A DNA stretch of 64,000 nt from Candidatus Poribacteria bacterium (GCA_965198235.1 OZ240248.1:3456001-3520000), one strand, 5' to 3'; positions 37,811-48,766 are shown, counted from the stretch's first letter. Numbers and translations are program-made. The notes: generated by a model not told the origin, from the sequence alone.

Positions 37811-39703
37811 TCAATCAGTAGCAAAACTTTCCAGCGGCGGAAGTTCCGGATAGTTCCCGCGGGCCTGTCGCCATGCGAGGATGCCCTCAATGATCATCCA
37901 GATCTGTAAGGCTTCAACAACGATGCCGAATCCGAAGAGCAAATATTTGCCAGTGAAAAGCCAACCGGTCTCAGGGTTGAACATCTGGTGTAGCATCGCC
38001 CATGCAGGCATGATAAGCATGACTATCATTGGAAGGAGGGCGAACCAAATCGGTTTGTTACGGCGGAGGAGATAGAAAACGATCACCATAAAGGCTAATC
38101 CGGCTAAGAGCTGATTCGTTGCACCAAAGAGGGGCCAGAGCGTCAAACCGCCACTGCCGGGACCACTGGGTCCCTGTAGCAGAGCGACAGCCGTAGCAAG
38201 TACTAACGCAAACGCAGTCGCAATGTAACGGTTCGTCAAAGGCTTAAAGTTAACCGTTTGCGCCAGTTCGTGGATAACATACCGCTGGAGTCGCGTCGCT
38301 GTGTCCAACGTTGTAGCGGCGAAACTCGCAACGAGTACCGCCATAATCGCAATGCTCATTTTGAGCGGAATACCGAGGGACGCGAGGAAATTTCCACCGC
38401 CATCAACAAACGCACTCACCTTTGCCTTGAGTCCGTGGCTTGCCCAACCGCTGACGACCTTGGTAGTCCCATCAGCATTTGTTTCCGTCTTAATAGCATA
38501 GCGCGTTTTCCACGCGTCCTGATTCGTAACAGGGGTTGTGCTTTCTGCTTTGACAATAGGTTGGAATGTGTAGTTTGCACCGGTGCCGGTCCGGTTGAAA
38601 ATCCCCATACCGATGCCAGCGCAGCAGGCAAGAATAACGATAACGGCAAGTCCACCTTCAAGTAGCATCGCGCCGTATCCTACGTATTGCGCGTCGCCTT
38701 CGGATGCAACCTGTTTACTGGAAGTTCCGGAACTCACCATACAGTGAAAACCGCTGACTGCCCCGCACGCAATCGTAATAAATAGGAAGGGCCAAATCGG
38801 TGGGGCATCCGGTGGGATATCTGAGGCAATAGCAGGCGCGGAGGCTGTCAGATCCGCGCTGCCTGTCAAGCCTGCGATGGCAAGTCCAAGCACTAATAAG
38901 AGCAGTGCCAATACCAATTCATGGCTGTTAATGAAATCACGCGGTTGCAGAAGCGTCCAGACAGGCAACACTGAGGCGATAAAGCAGTAGACAAAGAGCA
39001 CCAACGTCCAAATCACCACGACGTTCAGGTAAGTTTTTCCGAGCAGCGGGATACCGAACCATTGTGCCAAGTCAATCGGTAGAACGTACGCACCGAGTGC
39101 CATCCCAATGTACATGATACCGAGCGCGATAATGGAAGGGATGAGAATATTGCCACCCCTACGGTAAATCCAGATACCAATGGCGACTGCGAGCGGAATT
39201 TCCACCCAAACAGACAGGACAGATTCAGGATAGTAGGAGAAAATCAGGGCGATGACCAAGCCGAAGATGGCAAGGACAATCGTCAGCCCCATAAAGAGGA
39301 CAAAAAGGAAGAGAAATTTAGCGCGCGGACCGATCATTCTGCCCGCAACTTCGCCGACGCTTTGTCCACGATTGCGGAGGGATACAACAAGCGCACCAAA
39401 GTCATGGACAGCACCGATGAAAACCGATCCGAGTACAACCCAAAGCAACGCCGGTAGCCATCCCCAAAAAACAGCAATGGCAGGTCCAACGATGGGACCT
39501 GTACCAGCGATGCTCGTGAAATGGTGCCCAAAGATGATCTCTTTTTTCGTTGGAACGTAATCGACATCATCTCGCAATTCTTGACTCGGTACCGTGGCTT
39601 GGGAATCTAATCCGAAAATCTTTCTCGCTAACCATTTACCATACGTATGATAGGCAACGATGAAACCGATAAAGCTCAAAATCGCAATAATAAGCGTGTT
39701 CAT
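37811..39703 (-). CDS. cstA: Carbon starvation protein A family transporter
   Basis: DYVPT…FGHHFTSIAGTGPIVGP, FITIACGAVSGFH, GYGAMLLEG, LWPLFGATNQLLA. Confidence 0.93.
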   Translation of the reverse strand: MNTLIIAILSFIGFIVAYHTYGKWLARKIFGLDSQATVPSQELRDDVDYVPTKKEIIFGHHFTSIAGTGPIVGPAIAVFWGWLPALLWVVLGSVFIGAVHDFGALVVSLRNRGQSVGEVAGRMIGPRAKFLFLFVLFMGLTIVLAIFGLVIALIFSYYPESVLSVWVEIPLAVAIGIWIYRRGGNILIPSIIALGIMYIGMALGAYVLPIDLAQWFGIPLLGKTYLNVVVIWTLVLFVYCFIASVLPVWTLLQPRDFINSHELVLALLLLVLGLAIAGLTGSADLTASAPAIASDIPPDAPPIWPFLFITIACGAVSGFHCMVSSGTSSKQVASEGDAQYVGYGAMLLEGGLAVIVILACCAGIGMGIFNRTGTGANYTFQPIVKAESTTPVTNQDAWKTRYAIKTETNADGTTKVVSGWASHGLKAKVSAFVDGGGNFLASLGIPLKMSIAIMAVLVASFAATTLDTATRLQRYVIHELAQTVNFKPLTNRYIATAFALVLATAVALLQGPSGPGSGGLTLWPLFGATNQLLAGLAFMVIVFYLLRRNKPIWFALLPMIVMLIMPAWAMLHQMFNPETGWLFTGKYLLFGFGIVVEALQIWMIIEGILAWRQARGNYPELPPLESFATD

Positions 39704-39750
39704 AAGCGGAGTTCCAACTTTTCAAAATGGTACTGAGGGAAAGTGTGGGT

Positions 39751-40920
39751 TTACCTGATTCCCATTAAAACCTCGAATGTGAGCTGATCCAGTTTCTCGT
39801 ATCCGAGTCCCTTTTGGGCAAGGGTGTCCGGTTCAAAATCTATCTTTCTCAGTTTTCCGACGCTCTCGGCACTGTAATTTGCCATGAGTGATTCGAGTTC
39901 AGGATCGCGTGCTTGTATTTCAGCGAGCATCCCTTGAATTTCCGCATCTTCATTGAAACGGCGTGCTTTCTCTTTCAGAATCAGATAACTCCGCATGCAC
40001 CCTGCAGCAAAATCCCAGACGCCTTGTTCATCTTCAGTTCGGTAGGCGTGTGCATCGAAGTGGCGAGATCCATCCCAGCTCACATCTTCAAGGAACTTGA
40101 CGAGGAAAAACGCGCTTTTGATATTTTCAGAACCGAAGCGCAAGTCTTGATCGAAACGACTCATCTTCTGGTCGTTGAGGTCAATGTGGAAGAGTTTGCC
40201 TGATTCGTATGCTTGTGCGACACCGTGAATAAAACTCAAACCTGCCATCGTTTCATGGGCAAATTCGGGGTTAACACCGACCATTTCTGGGTAGTCAAGC
40301 GTCTCAATAAAATGGAGCATATGTCCTGTTGTGGGAAGATAGATGTCGCCGCGAGGTTCATTCGGCTTTGCTTCAAGCGCGAAACGGAGGTCGTACCCTT
40401 GGTCTTTGACGTAGTGCGTGAAGTAGTTCATCGCCTCGCGGTTCCACTTGACGGTATCGGGTCCGTTTTTAGAGGCATCTACTTCTGACCCTTCGCGGCC
40501 ACCCCAAAATACATAAATGGTCGCGCCAAGTTCAACACCGAGATCAATGGCATTCAAAGTTTTCTGGATGGCAAATGCTCGCACCTTGGGATCGTTAGAG
40601 GTAAACGCGCCGTCTTTAAAGATGGGATGATAGAAGAGGTTTGTTGTTGCCATCGGCACCTTCATACCGTGATCGGCGAGTGCCTTCTTAAATTCGCTGA
40701 CAATTTTATCGCGTTCAACAGCTGAGGCGTCAAAGGGTACCAAGTCATTATCGTGTAAATTGACACCGTATGCGCCCAGTTCGCTTAATTTTTGGACAGT
40801 GTATGTGGGTTTCAAGGGGGGCCTGACAACATCACCAAATGGATCGCGACCCGGATTACCGACCGTCCATAATCCAAAGGTGAACTTATGCTCAGGCTTA
40901 GGCTGATACTGTTCTGACAT
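39751..40920 (-). CDS. xylA: Xylose isomerase (class I, actinobacterial/Thermus type)
   Basis: [48 protein letters not shown]. Confidence 0.95.
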   Translation of the reverse strand: MSEQYQPKPEHKFTFGLWTVGNPGRDPFGDVVRPPLKPTYTVQKLSELGAYGVNLHDNDLVPFDASAVERDKIVSEFKKALADHGMKVPMATTNLFYHPIFKDGAFTSNDPKVRAFAIQKTLNAIDLGVELGATIYVFWGGREGSEVDASKNGPDTVKWNREAMNYFTHYVKDQGYDLRFALEAKPNEPRGDIYLPTTGHMLHFIETLDYPEMVGVNPEFAHETMAGLSFIHGVAQAYESGKLFHIDLNDQKMSRFDQDLRFGSENIKSAFFLVKFLEDVSWDGSRHFDAHAYRTEDEQGVWDFAAGCMRSYLILKEKARRFNEDAEIQGMLAEIQARDPELESLMANYSAESVGKLRKIDFEPDTLAQKGLGYEKLDQLTFEVLMGIR

Positions 40921-41154
40921 TCATTTACTCCTATTGCTTGTTAATTTTGGCGAAGTTTATAAGCCAACATTTAGATTATACTATATTTTGTGGATTTGTT
41001 GCAAGTTCTTAACCGTTGTCTGCTTCTGTTATTGCGTCCATGTAGGAGGTTCCTTATGAGACGCATCGTATCTTGATGAATAGAACTATCGTTCTGAAGG
41101 AGGTCGTTTCTATAGTTAACTACTGAAGTTGAGGGTGTTCGTGTAAGTGGTGTG

Positions 41155-42483
41155 TTATGCGTCAAGGTGCGTGGAAATCTGTTTCAGGACCTTTTCATAG
41201 TCTGCTTCCAATTCCAGCGGTTCATTGAGATAGCGAGGCGGTGGTTCCCCAGGTGTAATATCGTGATACGCCACCTTGAAATCAGGGAATTTGAGCCCAT
41301 TCGCTGTAGAGATAACGATAACCCGATCATCTGGACGAATCTGTTTACGTTCGACCATTTTTATCAGTACAGCGAGTGCTACACCGGTATGCGGACAATT
41401 GAACAACCCTGTCCTATCCGCTCTCGCAGCAGCATCCGCCAATTCTGCTTCCGTAGCTTGGTCAACGATGCCATCGAACCGTCGTAACGTTCGGATAGCA
41501 CGGTGGATAGAGACCGGATTGCCAATCTGAATCGCCGTGGCTTGTGTGGCTTGTGCCGTGATGGCATGGAACTCTGTGAACCCTGTTTGGTAGCTTCGAT
41601 AGAGTGGGTTTGCGCGTTCAGCTTGGGCACAAGCGATGCGCGGAAGTTTGTCAATGATACCGAGTTCCAGCATCATTAAAAAGCCGAGTCCAAGTGCTGA
41701 AACATTGCCGAGGTTACCCCCGGGAATAATTATCCAATCCGGTACTTCCCAATTGAATTGCTGCACGATCTCGATACTAATCGTTTTCTGCCCTTCAATT
41801 CGGAGAGAATTGATGGAATTGGCGAGATAGAAATCTTTCCGAGCAGAGAGTTTTTGGACGATTGCCATGCACCCATCGAAATCGGTCTCAAGTGAAAGCG
41901 TCAACGCCCCATTGGCAATCGGTTGAATAAGTTGCTCACGTGTAACTTTCGCTTTTGGTAACAGGATTACCGCCGGGATGCCCGCTGCAGATGCATACGC
42001 TGCCAAAGCGGCGGAGGTGTCGCCGGTTGAAGCACACATGACAGCACGGAGATCTCCGGACTCCGACATAATCTGATTGACCATTGAGACCAAGACGGTC
42101 ATCCCGAGATCTTTAAAAGAACCCGTATGACTGTTGCCGCACTGCTTAATCCACAAATCGCCCAAGCCGAGTTGATCGCCGAAACGTTCTGCCCAGAACA
42201 GATTGGTGCCACCCTCATACATAGAAATGATGTTATTATCATCAATGTTCGGACATACGAGTTCCTTTTTCCCCCAGACGCCGCTGCCATACGGATATTG
42301 CGTGCGCATGTAGCGTTGTTCAAAGAGAGTTTTCCATTCAGCCGCGCGGCGCTGTCTCAGCATGTCCATATCGTGCTGGACCTCTAACAACCCATGGCAG
42401 TTTTTGCACCGATAGATGACTTCTGTAAGCGGATAGGTCTCATCACATCCTTCGCTGCACTGGAACCATGCATCGTAGTTCAT
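41155..42483 (-). CDS. thrC: Threonine synthase
   Basis: HTGSFKDLGM (PLP Lys), CASTGDTSA, PGGNLGN, CPHTGVA, STANGLKF. Confidence 0.93.
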   Translation of the reverse strand: MNYDAWFQCSEGCDETYPLTEVIYRCKNCHGLLEVQHDMDMLRQRRAAEWKTLFEQRYMRTQYPYGSGVWGKKELVCPNIDDNNIISMYEGGTNLFWAERFGDQLGLGDLWIKQCGNSHTGSFKDLGMTVLVSMVNQIMSESGDLRAVMCASTGDTSAALAAYASAAGIPAVILLPKAKVTREQLIQPIANGALTLSLETDFDGCMAIVQKLSARKDFYLANSINSLRIEGQKTISIEIVQQFNWEVPDWIIIPGGNLGNVSALGLGFLMMLELGIIDKLPRIACAQAERANPLYRSYQTGFTEFHAITAQATQATAIQIGNPVSIHRAIRTLRRFDGIVDQATEAELADAAARADRTGLFNCPHTGVALAVLIKMVERKQIRPDDRVIVISTANGLKFPDFKVAYHDITPGEPPPRYLNEPLELEADYEKVLKQISTHLDA

Positions 42484-43121
42484 TGCTCTGCGTTCTCCTC
42501 CATAGCGGCTGGAAGGGTGCTTTGGGTAGACTCGTTTCCGTTTGATGTGTTAAGGAGTTCGTCAATTTCTTCAAGCGAAGGCAATTCAGAAGCATCTTTC
42601 AAGCCGAATTGTTGGAGGAACTCGTCTGTGGTTGAGAAAAGCAGCGAGCGTCCATTTTTTCTGCCTGCGATACGGACCAGCCCTTTCTCTACCAGTGAAT
42701 TGAGTACACTGTCACTGTTCACACCGCGAAGCGCAGCGACATCGCTCCGCGTTATCGGTTGCTTGTAAGCAACAATTGCGAGGGTCTCAAGTGCTGACGG
42801 GGTCAGTTTGACACGAACCTGTCGCGTATAAAACTTCTGAATCCACTCCGAATATTGTGGATTTGTGCAAATTTGATAGCCATTCGCTATTTCAACAAGA
42901 CGAAAACTGCGTCTCATTTCTTGATAGTCTTGGCGCAGTTCGTCGAGTTCCGTCCGGATAGCGCGTTTGTCTAACTCCGGCAGCACTGCTTGAAACTGTT
43001 CCACTGAAATGGGTTCGCTCGCGGCGAACAGAATCGCTTCCAAAATTGATTTGGGTTTTTGCGCTGATATCGGGTCCGGTTCCTCTATCGGATTGACAGC
43101 GGTAACATATTCAGAATCCAT
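42480..43121 (-). CDS. scpB: SMC-Scp complex subunit ScpB
   Basis: LEAILFA..EP, LETLAIVAYKQPITR…RGV, TT..FL..FGL…ELP. Confidence 0.95.
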   Translation of the reverse strand: MDSEYVTAVNPIEEPDPISAQKPKSILEAILFAASEPISVEQFQAVLPELDKRAIRTELDELRQDYQEMRRSFRLVEIANGYQICTNPQYSEWIQKFYTRQVRVKLTPSALETLAIVAYKQPITRSDVAALRGVNSDSVLNSLVEKGLVRIAGRKNGRSLLFSTTDEFLQQFGLKDASELPSLEEIDELLNTSNGNESTQSTLPAAMEENAEQ

Positions 43122-43132
43122 AAACCAAATTC

Positions 43133-43963
43133 CTAATTGTTTCGTTCTTCTGAACGAGTGTTTTCAATGGTCGGAGGTGGTAGTATCTCTTGATCAGACC
43201 CCTCGTACTCCTGTTTAACGATATAGATACTCTCAAAATGGTCGGTTTGAACGGTAACGATTTTTCCTATCCGAATGAGTTCTAAAATGGCGAGGAATGT
43301 TACAATTCGATCTGTCTTGGTTGAAGATAACGGGAACAGATCGTCGAATAGCAATTGGTCTGAACTCTCCAACTGCAGGTCAATAAAAGCGATTTTGTCT
43401 TCAACGGTTATTGTTTCCTCCTCAACCGTTTCGTATACCTCTTCGGTGTCTATCTCCGCAACCCGGTCGTTCACACCCTTAAAAGCGGTAAGAAGATCGA
43501 ACAGCGTCGCCCTGATTTCAAACGCACGCGCACCATCTAAATCTTCGTGCGTCTTAGGGCTTCTGCTATAGATGAGTGTCTGACGTTCGGCATAAACATC
43601 CAGAACTTGGGCAGCCTCTTTGAACTGTTTGTACTCCAAGAGTTGTCTGACGAGTTGCTCTTGATCACCGATTGTGTATTCAGTATCTGGTGTGAGTTGT
43701 GGGAGGATACTTTGCGATTTGATGTGCAGAAGTGTTGCCGCCATCACCAAAAATTCGGATGCCACATCTAAATCTAACTGCTCCATTAGATTCACATATT
43801 CCAGGTACCGGTCGGTGATTTGCGAAATCTGAATATCATAAATATCCATCTCCTCTCTCTGAATCAGATGGAGGAGCAGATCGAGCGGTCCCTCGAAACC
43901 CTCTAACTTCACGGAGTAGATTGGGGCTGTAGAGGCAAGAGTTGGAGTTGTTTCAGTTAGCAT
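43133..43963 (-). CDS. scpA: Segregation/condensation protein ScpA
   Basis: FEGPLDLLLHLI, EFLVMAATLL.IKS, TFLAILEL. Confidence 0.95.
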   Translation of the reverse strand: MLTETTPTLASTAPIYSVKLEGFEGPLDLLLHLIQREEMDIYDIQISQITDRYLEYVNLMEQLDLDVASEFLVMAATLLHIKSQSILPQLTPDTEYTIGDQEQLVRQLLEYKQFKEAAQVLDVYAERQTLIYSRSPKTHEDLDGARAFEIRATLFDLLTAFKGVNDRVAEIDTEEVYETVEEETITVEDKIAFIDLQLESSDQLLFDDLFPLSSTKTDRIVTFLAILELIRIGKIVTVQTDHFESIYIVKQEYEGSDQEILPPPTIENTRSEERNN

Positions 43964-44088
43964 TTTTTATTATCTTTAGTCAGCGCAGTTTTTGTCGTAT
44001 TTTGGATATGTGTTTCCAGAGTTCAGCCCATGATGGCAGATACGTGTATTATTGACTGAAAGCTCATCGGGTAAAAGGGTAGTACTGC

Positions 44089-44814
44089 CTATCGTATACC
44101 TACGATTTTCGCAATCAGATTTAGGATTTCAAAACTAATATTGCTCAAGAATCCGAACACATAGTTCGGTATACCAAAGAGACCCGGTAAAAAAATAAGG
44201 CACATCAGAATCGGCATCCCATACGGACTCAGTTTCTCGAATTGGTGCGCTGTACCTGCGGGAAGCAAGCCTCTCACAACACTGAAACCGTCTAACGGAA
44301 AAAGTGGGAGCATGTTAAACGCCGCGAGAAACACACTTATCAATGCTGTCCGAATTAATTGCCTATTAATCTCAGCGTGAAGTGCAGATTCAGCCGGATT
44401 GAAGGTCGAAAATTCTAATAACAGCTTAATCGCGCCCAAAATCACGAAAGTGAGGACGATATTCATAAAGGGACCCGCAGCAGCGATAAGCATCAGGTCT
44501 CTTCTCGGATTTTTCAGATTGAACGGGTTAACCGGCACCGGCTTTGCCCAGCCGAAGAAACCACCCCCAAAAAGTGTACCGAGCAGTGGGAGTATCAATG
44601 TGCCGATAATGTCAATGTGTACACCCGGATTCAATGACATCCGTCCCAGATCGCGAGCTGTTGGGTCCCCTAACATGTTCGCTGATTTAGCGTGTCCCCA
44701 TTCATGAAAGGTTAACAGAATGATGAACTGTGTAACCACAAGGATTGCTTCATAAGGATCGAAATTAGGCATTATGTGTTTGGCACCGCTTGCAAGCCAA
44801 ATCTTGCTATACAA
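44089..44814 (-). CDS. Site-2 protease (M50) family membrane metalloprotease
   Basis: HEWGH, GD.TA..GR.SLNP..HID, GWAKPVP, AGP..N, FNMLP..PLDG. Confidence 0.93.
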   Translation of the reverse strand: MYSKIWLASGAKHIMPNFDPYEAILVVTQFIILLTFHEWGHAKSANMLGDPTARDLGRMSLNPGVHIDIIGTLILPLLGTLFGGGFFGWAKPVPVNPFNLKNPRRDLMLIAAAGPFMNIVLTFVILGAIKLLLEFSTFNPAESALHAEINRQLIRTALISVFLAAFNMLPLFPLDGFSVVRGLLPAGTAHQFEKLSPYGMPILMCLIFLPGLFGIPNYVFGFLSNISFEILNLIAKIVGIR

Positions 44815-46246
44815 AGGTCCGCAATCGGGAATATGCCTCCTCTTTTTTGGTAATTTCCCCGTCTAATTGTGCCGCAAACAATTTCCAAAGTCGGATTTCA
44901 AAAGTCTTGCTCGGTTTTTCTCCAAACGCTATCAAGTCTTTTCCTGTGATAAAAGGTTCTATCTTCCGCAGCACAAAAAGGTAATCTATTATTTTTTCCC
45001 GTTTCCACTTTGACAGTGTCGCGTCTACGTAACCGAGTGCCAATGCCTCAATCGGATAAGGCTTTAGCAATTGATAAATCTCACTCGGTTTCGCTGTCTC
45101 CTGCAACGTTGCAAGTGTTTGTTCCAACTGTTTGTAAGCAGTGAGCGGTGTTTCTATCCGATAAAGATTTCCGTCTCCGCATACGTAAGTTGCCATGTTC
45201 TTTGGGTCAACAATGCACCATTTCCCGCTCTGTTGGTCAACGGAAGCATCATCGGATAATGAGATTCCGAGTTTCGCAAAGGCATCCTGTGTCACCTTTT
45301 CGAGTGAAACCTGCCGTTTCAACGCTTGGGCACGGCTTATCAATCGTTGAAGTTGATGTTCCAATACCAATCTGAGACTGAGTGCTTCGATCTGATATAT
45401 CGGTGTGTCGGTTCCAAAAAATGCCATCCAGCGCACCAGTTCAGGCTGAAGTTCTTCGTCTGTAAGATGCGTTGATGTCCAGGTTATTGCCTGTTCTGCC
45501 TTCTTAAAATCGCAGGCAAACGTAGTCGATATATTCCACCCTTGAAAGATAGTTTTCCATACGCCGAGTCGTGTAAGGTGTGCTACGATCTCCGGTGCAT
45601 TCTTCTCAATAAGTATTCTATCAATCTCATTCCGTATCCGTTCACCACTGAGTTGCACTAATACTGGGAGTGCTTCCCGCATCAGAGTCGTGTCGGTTTC
45701 AGGAATACAAAACCCGTAGCGTCCGGCATATCGAAAAGCGCGGAAAATGCGCGTCGGATCATCCGTGAAACTGTGCTTATGTAGTACCCGAATAGTCCGG
45801 GTCTTGAGATCTTCCAAACCACCTGTCTTATCAACGATCTCACCAAAAGTGCTTATATCTAAGCGCATTGCCAAGGCATTAATCGAAAAGTCCCGTCTTC
45901 GCAGATCCTCTGTGATCGTCCCACGTGCTACTGTAGGTAACGTCCCGGCACCTTGATAAGTTTCACGACGGGCGGTAACGAAATCCACTTTGGGAAGGTT
46001 AACGTCGGCGGGCGTGACGGTTGCAGTGCCAAATTGCGGATGTGCGTCCAGTCTCCCGTTCCAACGTTCACACATCGCGTTTGCAATTCGGATTGCATCT
46101 CCTTCTACAACGATGTCGATATCGAGACTCGGTCGTTTGAGCAGGAGGTCCCGGACAAATCCACCGACAAGGTAAGTTCCCTTTCCACCTACCTCACCAA
46201 TTTCATGTAACAGATCCAAGATCGGTTCAGGAATGTTGGGTATCAT
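44807..46246 (-). CDS. Class II tRNA nucleotidyltransferase (CCA- or A-adding)
   Basis: VGGFVRD..L….DIDIVV, FGTA, DL.RRDFSINA, SF.DDPTRIFRA.RY, SGERI. Confidence 0.9.
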   Translation of the reverse strand: MIPNIPEPILDLLHEIGEVGGKGTYLVGGFVRDLLLKRPSLDIDIVVEGDAIRIANAMCERWNGRLDAHPQFGTATVTPADVNLPKVDFVTARRETYQGAGTLPTVARGTITEDLRRRDFSINALAMRLDISTFGEIVDKTGGLEDLKTRTIRVLHKHSFTDDPTRIFRAFRYAGRYGFCIPETDTTLMREALPVLVQLSGERIRNEIDRILIEKNAPEIVAHLTRLGVWKTIFQGWNISTTFACDFKKAEQAITWTSTHLTDEELQPELVRWMAFFGTDTPIYQIEALSLRLVLEHQLQRLISRAQALKRQVSLEKVTQDAFAKLGISLSDDASVDQQSGKWCIVDPKNMATYVCGDGNLYRIETPLTAYKQLEQTLATLQETAKPSEIYQLLKPYPIEALALGYVDATLSKWKREKIIDYLFVLRKIEPFITGKDLIAFGEKPSKTFEIRLWKLFAAQLDGEITKKEEAYSRLRTFV

Positions 46247-46483
46247 TTTTTCTGTTTTTTTAACTATTAGAATCTGGGCATCGCTCCACTTCGTTTCGCG
46301 ATGGTATCTGGTACCTCCCTCGCTTGCGGGTGGGATACAGGGGGATTATGAAGGGACCTTAGTTGTCCTGAACCGCGTATGAATTCATCGAAAACCTACC
46401 CGTAATGAAATTATGCCTTAAATGGCATAATTTGTCTTTGCTTTACATTTGGAGGGTAGTCCAGGAGCACATAGTTAGAAAGC

Positions 46484-47164
46484 CTATACGAAGGCGAAGA
46501 CTCGCGTCGGTGCTCCAGAACTGTGTGCCAACTTTAGCGGGGCAAGTACCACATAGAAATGCGTCGGCAATTGGCTTAAATTGCACAGATCTTCAACATG
46601 TGGAATACCAGCGCCAAGAAAAACGAGATGCGCAGGCGGTAAACCATCGTGCAAGGGTGGATGTCCTGCCACTGAGTCGATGCTACATGCATCTGTCCCA
46701 ATAACCTTTATGCCTATTTTGACGAGTCGTTCAGCAGCATCCTCACTAAAGCCGATCCACTCCCGGTTGAAGTTGTCCTGATAGACGAATCTGTCCATTC
46801 CTGTCCGCATAAAGACGATGCTGCCTTCTGGAATCTCGCCATTTTCGGCTATCCATGCTTCAATATCTTCTGCAGTCACAGCGTCGTTCGGTTTCTTGAT
46901 CGCGGAAAAATCCATCAACACGGCATGTCCGGTCAGTTTCTCTTTTGGGATTTCGGCGATAGTTGCGCCACCGGGGTACATTAAACAGGGGGCATCCATG
47001 TGCGTAGAGTAGTGTCCGGACGTGTCAATACGGCTTTCAAAGTAGCCATCTTTTTCCAACGTTGCTTGGTCATAAATTTTGGCAGGATCAATCGGCAGCT
47101 CGCATGGACTCTTTTCATCAACCACATAAGACAGATCCAGCACGTTTTGAAAGTCAAGGTGCAT
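46484..47164 (-). CDS. Cyclase / kynurenine formamidase-like family protein
   Basis: H.STHMDAP, RTG, IGTD..SID, H..FL..G…EDL.NL, PLKL..SGAP.R. Confidence 0.88.
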   Translation of the reverse strand: MHLDFQNVLDLSYVVDEKSPCELPIDPAKIYDQATLEKDGYFESRIDTSGHYSTHMDAPCLMYPGGATIAEIPKEKLTGHAVLMDFSAIKKPNDAVTAEDIEAWIAENGEIPEGSIVFMRTGMDRFVYQDNFNREWIGFSEDAAERLVKIGIKVIGTDACSIDSVAGHPPLHDGLPPAHLVFLGAGIPHVEDLCNLSQLPTHFYVVLAPLKLAHSSGAPTRVFAFV

Positions 47165-47220
47165 TTTATATTGTTTCTCCTTCCTACAAACATGTCACCC
47201 TTACAAGGCTTATATGTAGT

Positions 47221-47640
47221 GTGATAGACCCCGCCCTAAAGGGCGAGGCTTCCGCGATTTCTGCGGAAGCTTTCATGCGATCAACGACCGCTGCTTTCTC
47301 TGAAAGACTTATGCAGCCTACTGCAACAGACGCTACCCCGACTGCGACACAAAAGTGTCCTTACGAAAAGTTTGTAATGCGTCATGTCTCGCAACAATCG
47401 TGTTGGGCCTTGAGTCCGCTATCCACGAAAAACGCATGTCGAGCTGCGATTTATTGATAGATGACCGTTTTCAGAGCTTTACACTATAGGAACGCTATCA
47501 AGAGCTTCGCAACTACAGCCTCTATAGCAACCTTACACTCTGAAATTATTATAGCAGATTCAACAACTTGTGTCAAGAAAAAACAGCGTCTACATCTCCA
47601 AGCTAAAGCATGGAGTTTTGACGCTGAAAAGGTTGATAAC
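47221..47640 (-). mobile_element. Miniature non-autonomous IS200/IS605 derivative (both ends plus tnpB 3'/omegaRNA region, no intact ORF)
   Basis: Minus strand: left end GTTATCAA..CAGCGTCAAAACTCCATGCTTTAGCTTGGAGATGTAGACGCTG; TTGACA-N17-TATAAT at 47576-47548; right end GAAGCCTCGCCCTTTAGGGCGGGGTCTATCAC. Confidence 0.78.
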
Positions 47641-47735
47641 ACATCTCCTTGAAATATTCAAGTAACTTGTATTGTCAAACCAGGGCTATTTAGTTTTAAG
47701 GTTTTTGTCCGATTTACGCGAAGAGTCGCGAGCTG

Positions 47736-47872
47736 GGGGAAATCCGAAGAAATGCCCTATCAATCGCAGAAATCCGCAGAAATGCCCTATCAATACGCAG
47801 AAATACCCTATCAAAAACCCCAAGCAAAAACCCCAAGCAAAAACCCCAAGCAAAACACTCGCTCCTACAGGG
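47736..47872. repeat. Compound short-repeat/REP element: (CAGAAATRCCCTATCAA)x3 and (AAAAACCCCAAGC)x3 ending in CTCGCTCCTACA
   Basis: Tandem units seen directly; a single-copy version lies inverted inside the MITE at 27778-27842 and partly at ~54205. Confidence 0.8.
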
Positions 47873-47936
47873 GATCCGCTCACAAAATTATTAAACGACT
47901 ACAGATAGGTTGCGCGGGTTTATCGAGCATCTGCGA

Positions 47937-48707
47937 TCAGGCATCATAGAAATAGTTCAATACAGTGTTATGCAGGACTCCATTTGTCGCTATTAATGAA
48001 GCGGTATCTTTCGTAATGGCTTCTCCTTGTATATCCGTTACCTTCCCACCGGCTTCCCTCACGATAACGCTGATGGCGGCGATGTCCCAGACGCTAATCG
48101 CCGCTTCAATGACAGCATCCACCCTTCCAGAAGCCACGAGGTGATACATGTAGAAATCGCCAAAGCCTCTCGTGCGTGCAGCGTCGGTGATAAGGTTATA
48201 GATGCCGGGAAAGGTGCCCTTCTCTACGAACCACTTCAGTCCACCGTGGCATACCATTGCATCTTTGGGTTGCGTCACGCTGGAAACGGTTATCGGTTCG
48301 CCATTCAGGAAAGCACCGCTGCCTGCTTCCGCATAGAGGAGTTCGTTCAAAAGTGGTGCGTTGGAAACGCCGAGGATAAGTTCTTCACCTTTCATCAAAG
48401 CAATCTGTGTGCCGAAGATCGGAATTTTTCGGATGTAATTCTTTGTAGCATCAATCGGATCAATAATCCAGACATAAGGGGAATCCCCTTCTTCGATGCC
48501 GTACTCTTCACCTAATAAACCGTGGTCGGGAAATGCCTGTTTGATGGTTTCTCGGATAATTTTTTCCGCCCCTCTATCGGCAAGGGTTACCGGCGTTTCG
48601 TCGGCTTTCAGTTCTACTTTCATGGTGTCGCCGGTGTAGTAAGCGGTGATGATTTTTTCAGCGTTTTTCGCCGCTTCCAACGCGACGGTTAAAAATTGAC
48701 TGGGCAT
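47937..48707 (-). CDS. Inositol monophosphatase family (HisN-like histidinol-phosphate phosphatase)
   Basis: K.D.TPVT.AD..AE, GEEYG, WIIDPIDATKNY, RGFGDFY, WDIAA. Confidence 0.85.
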   Translation of the reverse strand: MPSQFLTVALEAAKNAEKIITAYYTGDTMKVELKADETPVTLADRGAEKIIRETIKQAFPDHGLLGEEYGIEEGDSPYVWIIDPIDATKNYIRKIPIFGTQIALMKGEELILGVSNAPLLNELLYAEAGSGAFLNGEPITVSSVTQPKDAMVCHGGLKWFVEKGTFPGIYNLITDAARTRGFGDFYMYHLVASGRVDAVIEAAISVWDIAAISVIVREAGGKVTDIQGEAITKDTASLIATNGVLHNTVLNYFYDA

Positions 48708-48766
48708 AGATTCTCCTATTTAATTCGTCAAATCAAACGGCACATCGGTGTGTGCTGATTCTTTTT

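Noticed and set aside
47062-47949. Several short ORFs in the track (47062+, 47461+, 47672+, 47752+, 47686-)
   Set aside because: They run through the IS605 miniature and short tandem repeats and show no protein-like features
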